From the NCBI RefSeq assembly GCF_006345805.1, contig NC_043003.1, positions 55,986,001 to 56,050,000 of the forward strand: a DNA stretch of 64,000 nt. Reading direction: 5' to 3'. The stretch is from Octopus sinensis. Lineage: Eukaryota. Below are positions 53,194 to 64,000 of the stretch, piece by piece; positions within the stretch are counted from its first letter, which is position 1; every line of letters starts with the position of its first letter. Made by a program: the position numbers and the translations under genes. The notes beneath the pieces were generated by a model. That model was not told where the DNA came from and searched no databases. It worked only from the letters and a program-made list of their open reading frames with translations.

Positions 53194-53325
53194 GCTGTCT
53201 ATATATCTGTCTATCCATCTATCTATCTATCTGTTTGTCTGTCTGTCTGTCAGTTTTTCTGTCTGTCTGTCTGGCTGGCTGGCTGGTTGGCTGGCCGGCT
53301 GGCTGTCTGCTTGTCTCTCTGTCAA

Positions 53326-53387
<62 letters not shown>

Positions 53388-53400
53388 CCTATATTTTTAT
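52975..53400. repeat. (CTAT)n/(CTGT)n microsatellite
   Basis: Read directly. Confidence 0.95.
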
Positions 53401-53604
53401 ACACCATACAACCCACACAACCCACAGAACCCTATTGATCGAACGTTTTTTTTCTTTGTGTCCCACCCATCCCACCTCGAAAAGAAAAAACTCTAGATTG
53501 TATTTCGTCCATTTTTATTCTGTGTTTAGCCCTGTGTGGCCACAATAAAAAGTTATCTTTCTATCTCTCTATCTATCTATCCATCCATTCATCGATCTAT
53601 CTAT

Positions 53605-53668
<64 letters not shown>

Positions 53669-54087
53669 ATATCTATCTATCTATCTATCTATTTATCTGT
53701 CTGTCTGCCTGTCTATTGTGACACCCGGCTGCAGACACATGCAAACATACATTGTTCATTCCTTTTTTATTTTTTCAATCTTTCACCATATTAGGTCGGC
53801 GAATTAAGTGTTAATTCGAACGAAACGATCCTTGTACATATTCCAGTTAGCATGCAATTCGCCGTGGTAATAAATTGAGTCAGTAGAGCAAAAATCAACC
53901 GTAACGAGACTACTCTGGTTATTACTTTGCTGTTTTCAAAAGGTGTCTATAAAACTGACACGCTGGAGAATTGCGACTGTTTCTCTAAGTAATCGTGTAG
54001 AAATGAAAAGTGGCTTGCTCGCTGCCGTCTTCAGGCATTCATTTAGGAAGTATTGAATATTCTGGTACGCAATGGAGTTTAAAGCTT

Positions 54088-54669
54088 CCGTGATACTGGT
54101 GGTAGTAAGAATACGCCGTGAACGAGGTGTAGCAGGAATACACCGTGAACGAGGTGTAGTAAGAATACACCGTGAACAAGGTGTAGTGGGAATATACCGT
54201 GAACGAAGTGTAGTAGGAATACACCGTGAACGAAGTGTAGTTGGAATACACCGTGAACTAGGTGTAGTAAGAATACACGTGAACGATGGGTAGTAGGAAT
54301 ACACCGTGAACGATGGGTAGTAGGAATACACCGTGAACGATGGGTAGTAAGAATACACTGCGAACGTGGTGTAATGGGAATACACCTTGAACAAGTTGTA
54401 GTAGGAATGCACCGTGAAAGAGGTGTCGTAAAAACACACCGTGAACAATGTGTAGAAGGAATGCACCATGAATGAAGTGTAGTAGGAATACACAGTAAAC
54501 GAGGTGTAGTAAGAGTACAGCGTGAACGATGTGTAGTAGGAATACACCATGAATGAAGTTTTGTGGGAATACACTGTGAACTAGGTGTAGTGAAAATACA
54601 CCCTGAACGGTGTGTGGTGGGAATACACCGTGAACGAGGTGTAGTGGGAATACACCATGAACGAGGTGT
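54088..54669. repeat. 27-bp minisatellite, ~21 units, each containing a 6-bp stem-loop
   Basis: Consensus gaacgaGGTGTAgtaggaaTACACCgt; period 27 (54121 to 54148). Confidence 0.93.
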
Positions 54670-54949
54670 CATTAGTGTTACATTCGTGAGCAGTGCGTTG
54701 GTTTAGTGATGGGCATATGTGGGTTCGTGATAACATGGATGACTCATACGAACATTAATATATGCATGGGAGAGTTGCGGTTTGGCTCTCTGTCGATGGG
54801 TGTTTCAGTTGAATCAATCTACGTAACAGCCTGCTCGTGAAGGTAACGTGCAAGTGGCTGAGTATTCCACAAACACGCATACATTAAAGTAGTTCTCAGA
54901 GAGATACAACGTGACACAGAATGTGATGAGGCTGACTCATTGAATTACA

Positions 54950-55070
54950 GGTACAACATATTTTTGCCAACTGAGTGAAATGAAGTATATTGCGCAAGGA
55001 CATAACACTCCATGGGGATACTGATCCGAATACCCTAGCTTCTAAGTCACACCCCTTCACAAGAGACATC
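54950..55070 (-). mobile_element. SINE 5' fragment; homologous copy at 60020-60130
   Basis: Both copies share ttttgccaactgagt.aaatgaag.atatt...aaggacataaca...gatccgaa...aagtca.acccctt.acaagagacatc. Confidence 0.7.
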
Positions 55071-56962
55071 ACAGCAGAAACCCAACATTTTAGGGACCTT
55101 ATCCTATTGTTGTGTGTCAGAGCAATGTTTGTTTTTACGTGTTTGTCTTTATGGAAGCCGTATCGGTAGTCATTAAGGAAGGTGACGCACAACAGTTCTT
55201 GTAAAACGCTGTTGTTGATGCCTATCCTTAGGATTACTGGAATTTTGTGCAATAGGGTGTTCTTTGTTAGAATCATCAGAGTTGTGGCTCGTATTATGGA
55301 TGTGACACACTGTGTTATGTTTCCAGTTATTGGAATATATTTAAAAACAAAAGACAAAATTGAGAGCGAGAGGGAGAGAGAGAGAGAAAGATAGAGAGAC
55401 AGACAGACAGACATACAGACAGAGACAAACAGATAAACAGACATAGATTAACAGTAAATCATGTGGCGAGGACAGATGCTTGCTTTGAGATGCATTGTTT
55501 GAGGCTAGGCTTAAGATATATTGTTGACTGAAGTGATATTACTAGTCTGAAGTGACTGGAAATATTTTCGTATTTGCCCGGTATGTGATTCATAGTGACT
55601 AACAGAGTTGAAAAGCATGCAAGGTATTCCTCGGGTGCTGGGGTGTGCAGCAGCTTTGGCTGTAATGTCTACAATGTCCATTGTCAGCGCCCGTGAAATT
55701 TGTCAGTATCTATCTGACAGCATAACAGTCACCAACAGAATTTGACTTTTGAGCGTTAACTTTTGTTGTATCGCCAGTGACGGTATATGAAGTACCAAAG
55801 ATAACCGTCTCACAATAAGCAATGTAACAAAAGTTGGTTATATTATGTTAACCTTTCGCACAATTACGATCCAGTTCTCCAACGCAGAATCAATAACGAG
55901 ACTAACGCTCTCACTTGTAGACCTCAACTGTTTACTGGTTCACTTATTTAAAAGAAGTGTCCAGTCCACTGACAGTCACGTGCGGGGATGTCAGCTCACT
56001 CCACAACAGATTTATAAGCCTTAAATTAGTTGTTTATTTTTGTTTGTGACTCATTTTTGTGTGTGACTATTCTTTGTGTTTTTTTAATTTTGCCGGGTCC
56101 TGCGGTACCCATCCATCATTTACCCTCTACTTTTGTGGTCTAGAAAAATTTTACCACCAATAAAATCGTGTTCATTGTTGCTTGATATTGCTTGATGCAT
56201 CAATTACAATTCCTCTTTGCTGTAGGTGTTTAATTGACCAGCGTGAATTCGTGGTACATCTATGAAAAATATTAAAGCTATAATTTACGACTTCCATACA
56301 TCCAAACGAATATATAAATCACTTTGTTTATTTGTAAAATGATCATTTATTAATAAGTGTTGTATTTTTTAATATTTGTGTAGTATATTATTAGTGTCAA
56401 TTTACTATAAGAAAGCAGTAACATACGCAAACATAATTTCTACCTGAAAATGTCTGATCTGGAAGGTTAGAAATTTCGACTTCCATTCTAGGAACATTAT
56501 TGCTTCTCTCCGAATCCAAAATTTCAAAGAACTCTTAACCTTTTTATGAATATATAAAAATTATATTATAGAAACATCAGAACACACTCAAGTTTCCAAC
56601 AAATTAAACACAAACACATACGTACACACATACATACACATATATGTACTCACACACACATGCGAGTGTATATGTATGTAATTACGTATGTAGGCAGATA
56701 TATGTATAGTATACACACACATTCACTCACGCATCCACATAGAATGTATATTCGTAAAACTGTTACCCTGACCGACTTCTGCTGAAAAATCCACAAAGAA
56801 GCATAAAAATATATATAGCCTGACATGAATTATACAGCGCAATTTGATGGGTGGGCGAAATTGGTTCCGAACTGAAAAGGCAGATGGCTTTAATTGAAAA
56901 ATGCTGATAGCGCACTCAGATTATCTTGAACCTGTCACCACGTTGTACAAATCATACTAAGG

Positions 56963-56970
56963 TGACGTCA
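56963..56970. promoter_or_regulatory. CRE palindrome TGACGTCA in a candidate promoter
   Basis: Perfect CRE 48 bp upstream of AAGATGGC (YY1/Kozak-like). Confidence 0.35.
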
Positions 56971-57017
56971 CTCACCTCTTTTAGTTATGCTTGTGATGAC
57001 ATATTTTACGTTTCAAG

Positions 57018-57044
57018 ATGGCTGAATCAGGAATCATGATTCGG
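57018..57044 (+). CDS. Candidate first coding exon MAESGIMIR
   Basis: caagATGGCTGAATCAGGAATCATGATTCGG|gtaaac. No downstream exon found. Confidence 0.3.
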
Positions 57045-57159
57045 GTAAACTGATATGCATTCACAAGACTGCTCTTTTTTCTGTATCATGCGGATTGAAC
57101 GAAGACTCACACTATTGCGGTATAGTCAAGATATATTGGATGTGTATGTGTGTGTTTGT

Positions 57160-57209
<50 letters not shown>

Positions 57210-57641
57210 CTGTGCCTGTGTGTGTGCCTGCGTGTATGTGTGCGTGTTGAGGGGAGAGAGTGTGAAGGCAGAAAAAAGGGTACATATGTCTGGGAAGGAA
57301 TAGAGAGATTGATGCGAGGAGTTGATGTGTAACGATAACTGAGTGGAGTATATATATATATGTGTGTGTGTGTATGTGTGCGTGAGTGCGTGGTATGCAC
57401 GCACGCTCGCGTCGTCATGTGTGTGTCTGTGCATGTGCGCGCGAGTGTGTGTGCGTGTATGTCTAAATTAAATATATATTCGTACAATCACACACACACA
57501 CATAAGTATGAATGAATATATATATATATACATACTTGCATAGATACATACACACACATATGTAGGTATATTATTTTAGAAACTGAAGTTTTATATCGCG
57601 ATGTATGTCAGAATGTAATATGATTGCTAGATAGATAAATC

Positions 57642-57716
<75 letters not shown>

Positions 57717-60409
57717 GGAGAGATGGGGGAGAGAAAGGGAACGTCAGACTGACAGACGCGCAGACATGAATTTGTAAGATAAACTGAGAGAATCATATAT
57801 AAGCGTGAAAACAACAGATAACTGTTCTGTCTCCTTCTTTTGAATCTGTTTGTTATCATCTCCATAAATATTTTGGTAGTTCCTCTTCTGATTCTAGTAA
57901 TTTTATGGAAGTCAGTCCTGTGTGGGCCCTCAATTTTGTAACAAATTAACAAGACACTTTAAATAATAATATCTTCCAGTGCACTACGCTCGCTGATCAT
58001 CTAAGGAATGATACGAAAATACTGAAAGTCAATGGCTACCTGGTAACACAAATGGCACAGTTTATATCCGCCGCAAATGTTACACAGACATTTTATATCA
58101 CTACAAGGAACAGAATTTTCTAAGATACATAGTCGTATTAACAATGCAGAACACTGCATCAAAATCATCAGGAAGGCATTTACTCATTCCCTCAACCCAG
58201 ATAATGATTAAAAAAAACAGATACACATACACATGGATACAGCATGAAAACCACACGGGTCACCGGGCTCTATGCTAGGACGCAAACCGTCATTATTAAT
58301 TTCAGATGGAATGGAAGTTTCACCTTCTCATTAACCTTAACATAACCAAATTCATAATTTTCAATATAAGAATTTACAGAATGAAAGGTGATTTTGGTAT
58401 AACTAGAACAGTAAATTTGTGAGGCCAAGTAATAATTTCCAACACTGGCTTTGTGATTATATAAACAACAACGGGCATACGGAAATAGATTTGACAGGGA
58501 AGTGAATACAGCATACCCACGCTGTGACACAGCTTTCCTTACGCTTCATCTGTGACGGATTGTGGTGTATGTTCCTCACTTTGGTGATGGCTGAGTATAA
58601 TTTAATGAGAAGAAAAGATTTGTGGGTGGAACTTAGTCACTTGGTAAACTATGTCAGCCTTGTATAATTCCTTTATCAGAACTAAAATGGGGTTTTAGGA
58701 CATTGCACCATCAACAACAACGACACGACATCTGATATCATCAATATTAACTTCACCCAACTCCAAAATGATCCAAAACGGGACCAGAACTTTTGTTTGG
58801 ATAATGTAGCCCTTTCGACAATATTCCAGAAAGAAGTAATGGAGTGTTTCGGCTGGAACCCCAGGTACAGGGATTTTTTTTTTAGCTCAGTCAATAATCT
58901 GAAGGGAGAGAAACAGCATCAGCTACAAAAACAACGAAAACAAACAAAAACAGAAATTATCATAGCAGCAACAAATTAAAGTAGCAATGACTACAAGGAT
59001 ACCACTATCAATACCCGACCGCTGATAATATAGCTTCACCAAAACTAGGATTAGCATAACACACATAACCACCACCATGGCCCCAAAATTACAACCACCG
59101 TCAACATCACCACCACCTTCCAGCGATAACAAAAACTGCAACGAAGATGACTATACTTGGCTGCATGTGCTGCTGAATATAGCATTAAAGATTCCTTAAA
59201 TCGCAGCTTAACATATTAAAGAAGGGACACGTAGTTCTAGATATATAAAGGGGCGATATGATTCGGGCTGATCAAGAATAGTAACACACAAAACAGACAT
59301 CGAGTAGCAAGAACAATATGAAGACGGACCTATGAGACAACATTTTGCATTGTCAGTCAATATGCTAAAAATAGTAGCCAGATCTCCTAGAAATTGTCTT
59401 AGAATAAATGGGTACAGTACTAGACAGCGTAGTCTAGCTAATGAGCCTACGAGATGGCCCAGTCGAAAGACACCTGTTGTTGTTTTCTTGTAGTTTGTAT
59501 TCGTAATTGTGTACCATGTTCTCCATTTTACGTCTTTTTGTGTACCATGTTCTCTGTTTTTTGTCTTTGTTACCGTACACATTCGCTAGCTTTCTTACAA
59601 AGGGGTCTAATGTTCTTAGCTTGGACTTCTTTGGGAGCAACCAGATCGAACTCTCTCAAATGTAACTGCCCGAAACAATCGTGACTTCTGGGACTCGACT
59701 GAGGAAAGAAGGTCACGAATGACCCGTCTTTTTTTGCCTGTCCTTCTAATTGCAGTTTCTCTTGTCCGCCTTGCATCGTCTATCTGTCCGAATGTTTTAT
59801 CGTACTCTATTGCGTTTTTTTATCCATTTTTATATTTATATATTGCTTTAGGAATACGGTTGCCCATTCAGAACTGACAAAGGGGTAGCCGAACAACAAG
59901 AACAACACAACAGCAGCAACAACAAAAAAACTAGCCCCTACTTTCATTATACGACTATCTAATAAGTCTAGCTGACAATGGAGCTTTTGGTAGTTCCAGT
60001 TTGCCAGTAATACGCATGAAATATTTTGCCAACTGAGTAAAATGAAGCATATTGAGGAAGGACATAACATGCCCTGGGAATAGTGATCCGAATGCTCTAG
60101 CCACGAAGTCATACCCCTTAACAAGAGACATCGATATGACTTTAAAATGGAAGACCGTATTAAACAAGATAATTTGGGGTTTACAAATTATCAGAAGTGA
60201 AAGGCTTTTGATGAAATTTCTCGACAAGCACTTACTTGTGGTTAATATTTTCAACTCCAAATCACAGGACATTAAAAATTTATCACCAAGGAGGGACGCA
60301 TTTAACTGAATATCATCAAAACAAAACGTTAAGGAAGAAATAAATGCATGATGGTCACGGATGGAATATTTCATAAATGCTCTCTTTAATCAGAGATAAT
60401 TAAAAGACA

Positions 60410-60448
60410 ATAACTACAACTACTACTACTACTACTACTACTACACTA

Positions 60449-60495
<47 letters not shown>

Positions 60496-60517
60496 ACTAC
60501 TACTGTTACTACTACTA

Positions 60518-60552
<35 letters not shown>

Positions 60553-60563
60553 ACTACTACTGT

Positions 60564-60599
<36 letters not shown>

Positions 60600-61080
60600 A
60601 ACTTCAGCCACTGGTACTACTTCTGCTACTACTACACACTACAACCACCACCGCTGCTGCTGCTGCTACTACTACTACTACTAATATTACTACTACTACT
60701 ATTACTACTTCTACTATTACTACTACTACTACTACTGCTATTTTCACAGTCACTGTCACCACCACTGCCACAACAATGATCGCTACCACCACCAATACCA
60801 TTACCGTCACCAACATCATCATCATAATCATCACCTACTCAACAACAAGCACCATCACGAGCATTACCATCTCCCCACCAGCAGCAGCACCATCATCACT
60901 ATCACCACTAGCACTACCACCACCACCACCACCACAACAACAACAACAACAATCATCATCGGCACTAGAACAGTCTCACCACCACCACCTTCACCACCAC
61001 TACAGTAACCTCACAACACCACCACCATTAATATAACCAGCATCCTCAGAAACATCATCATCACCAACGCAACCAAACAC
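60410..61080. repeat. Compound triplet low-complexity tract (CTA, CTG, CAC, CAA, CAT)
   Basis: Read directly. Confidence 0.9.
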
Positions 61081-61593
61081 AACCTTCTTGACTATTATAG
61101 TCAACACATCTAGAATTTCTACAAGCGAGAGCACCCTACATACCCATCAAACCCACTTCTCCCCATCCCTCTACCTTCTCATCAACCATCAGACGCTGTC
61201 TGTCTGACATGAGGTTTAAATGAAACCATATGTGTGAAGTTCAACATATGCTTCAGAAGGAAGGCGAAGGGCTGCTATAAGGGATTGTTTGTGTTTGTAT
61301 CTATAAACACTGTATATTAATGATGTTAGTACAGAAAGTCACATGACATATGACGGAGTATTATTTGCCGATCTTGTGAATGGTATATGTAACTTTATAT
61401 GCACGCACGCACAAGCACAAACACGCGCATACACATACACGCACACACACACACACACACACATATATACTGACAATCACACATATGTACCTACGAACAT
61501 TTGCATGTATGTACGTATGTGTGTAGTTAGGCTTACATATAGCTATCTATCTATCAATCACTCTATCTATCTATCTATCTATATGTCTGTCTG

Positions 61594-61632
<39 letters not shown>

Positions 61633-61640
61633 GTCTTTCC

Positions 61641-61678
<38 letters not shown>

Positions 61679-61681
61679 ATG

Positions 61682-64000
61682 TCCGCAGTGGGTCGTCGAG
61701 ATCGTATCTAGATAGGATACTGTGTAGGACAGTAGACAAGGATAACTTAGGATGTCCACAATTCCACACAGTCAGCTACACGGATCACAAATTGGTGACG
61801 TGTACGCTAGACTTAGATAAGGCACATAGACAGGGTCCTGGGTACTGGAAACTGAACGCATCATTCCCGTCCAGACAAGTTTTCAGAGACCGGATTAGCA
61901 CACTAGTAAAGAGGGCTTTGACGGAAGCCATCATCAACAACAAATGGTGGTTTGCCCTCAAGAGAGCAGTAAAAGCAGAAGCGATTAGGTACAGCAAAGC
62001 ACTAGCCATAGATAGAAATAGAGTAGAGGGTGAGCTAGTTAAGAAGCTAGAAGAGGCAATTAGAAGCGGCATCGCATCCGACGTTTTGGCGGCGAGGTTG
62101 GCCCTCGACCAACACTTCAACGCCAAACACGAAGGATGTGCTGTCAGAGCTAGGATGCGTGCTCTAAGGAACGAAGGTGTTGGAGTCGCGAGAGAGGCCC
62201 GGGTGGCAGAGGCGCAACAGGGCAACAAAGCCACCATTCGGTCACTGGTAGATGAACAGGGGCGCGAATTGCTCGAGCCAAGTAAAATGTGTGAGGTCTT
62301 TCAGCAGCATTTTGCCCGACTGTTCGGGACGAGTGGAGGGCAAGAACGTAGGGTAGACTTCAGTGCCTACCTACATAGCCTGCCACGACTCTCGACAAGA
62401 AAGGCAGGGTGCTGCGAAGGTGCCATCACGGCGGCGGAAGTGCGGGAAGCGATGGCAGAATGCTCGAGGGACAAATCACCGGGTTTGGATGGTCTACCCT
62501 ACGAATTTTACTATTGTATGCCAGACTTGTTTGGAGACGTCTTGGCAGCGGTATACTGCAACTGGCAGCAAAACGGGAGCATACCCGGTTTTGTGAGTCG
62601 AGGAGCTGTAACTCTGCTGAAGAAAGATCCAAACAAGGGAAACATTATAGATAACTTTAGGCCAATCACTCTGCTCAATGCAGACCTGAAAATTTTGACA
62701 AAGGTGTTAGCCAAGAGGTTGGCGCTTGTCATGGAGAAACTGGTCGACAACGCACAAACGTGCGCCGTGCGGGCCGGAGCATCCATGACAACCTCCATCT
62801 GATGCGCTACATCATAGACAGGGTAGTTAACGAACCTGGCATGGGTGGGGCCCTGATCAACTTGGATCAATCGAAAGCCTTTGATAGGGTAGACCATCGA
62901 TACTTGGAGGCAGTCCTGAGAGCGGCTGGTTTCGGTCCCGTCTTCCGCGGCTGGATAGCTGCCTTGTACAGAGGCGTCCGTTCGGTAATTCGCGTAAATG
63001 GACATCTATCGAGACCCTTCGACATTGCACGTTCGGTCCGTCAGGGATGCCCCCTCTCGGCGCTTCTATACGTATTGACTCTTGAGCCACTACTGCGGAA
63101 GCTGGCGACTCTGAGGGGCATCCCGCGAGAATTAGGATGCGGGACGAGCGTGTCTGCATAAGCGGACGACGTCACCGTCATAGTGTCAAGCCACGAACAC
63201 ATCGAGCGGGTCCGGCGAGACACTGAAAGACTACGAAGCGGTGACAGGAGCAAAAATCAACTGGGAAAAGTCAGTGGGCTTGCGGCTCGGCACACTGGAG
63301 AAGCAAGCCCATGCCGTCCACCAGTACCTCCGTCGTGGGAGACGCTGGACAGACGGCCGGTTGAGTTGCTCGGGGTCTGGTTCGGTCCGGACCTCCAAAT
63401 GGAGAAGAACTGGAACGAGATAACGAGTAGGGTGGTCACTCTCGCCAGCAATGGGCCGAGAGGAAACTGTCCCTAAAAGGTCGGGCGGAGGTGGTGAACG
63501 CGTACATCGCGTCCATCATCTACTACGCCTGACCGTCGTACCTTGTCCCGACCCTACCATCACCAAACTAGAACGCATCCTCTTCGCTTCTTGTGGAAAG
63601 GATGCGTCCCGATGGTCAGGCGATCCATTTGCTGTCAACACCCGTTAAGAGGAGGGCTGGGCATGCCGTGGTTGATGATGCGCAGACACGCGCTGAGACT
63701 GCGACATCTCCGGCTCTATGTGACGACGGTGAACAGGTGTGGTCGCTGTTTGTGAGGCACGCATTCCCGCAACTCGTCTCCATGACCGAACTACAGTCGT
63801 GGATCAAAAAGAGGCCGAAGAAGGGCGAATGGCACCGCGAGTGTCGCGTTGCTTCTCAAGCAACTCTGCCGTCCCGAGTCGACCTTGAGTGACTTCAACA
63901 CAACAAAGCATTCTATAGGGGATTAGTGGAGGGGAGGTACGACGACGAGCTCGGGGCAAACCTGGGCGTCGACGAGGAATACCTGACCCGCCTGTTTCAA
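61682..64000 (+). mobile_element. L1-Tx1 clade LINE ORF2 (end of APE + RT), 5'-truncated, frameshifted, runs off the window
   Basis: SYLDRILC, YTDHKLV, GPGYWKLNAS, KSPGLDGLPYEFY, RPITLLNADLKIL, LDQSKAFDRVD, RQGCPLSALLY and AYADD (with a stop). Markedly higher GC than flanks. Confidence 0.93.

Noticed and set aside
54088-54669. CRISPR-like array of hairpin repeats; 197-212 aa ORFs across it
   Set aside because: There are no unique spacers and no cas genes, the context is eukaryotic, and the ORFs follow from the 27-bp period.
60604-61036. Poly-Q/P/H or poly-V ORFs as a transcription-factor exon
   Set aside because: Continuous with decaying triplet repeats, with no splice signals or domain.

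Overview
Repeat-dense, AT-rich animal DNA, most likely intergenic or intronic sequence from an octopus-type cephalopod. That attribution rests on recognising tRNA-derived SINEs resembling the octopus OK/OR families and on the microsatellite load; no search was run. No intact protein-coding gene is visible, and most ORF-track entries are microsatellite artefacts. Recognisable mobile elements are four R4/Dong-clade LINE remnants next to (TAA)n tracts, an L1-Tx1 LINE, a CR1/L2-type 3' end, an RT-less Gypsy element, a full-length dead mariner and a related MITE, a Helitron derivative, a Penelope GIY-YIG fragment and many SINEs. The main unexplained signal is RNA structure. Reading by eye found about ten different repeat families carrying hammerhead ribozyme (HHR) motifs (CTGANGA...GAAAC...GTH with pairing stems). 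The strongest case is a ~487-bp tandem array (17145-19766) with one extended-stem-II type I HHR per unit, i.e. a candidate octopus retrozyme/circRNA. It sits in a divergent composite flanked by (TA)n. A tRNA-head + (AAT)n + minimal-HHR composite and several HHR-centred fold-backs are also present. All folds were done by hand and none of the ribozymes is shown to be active.
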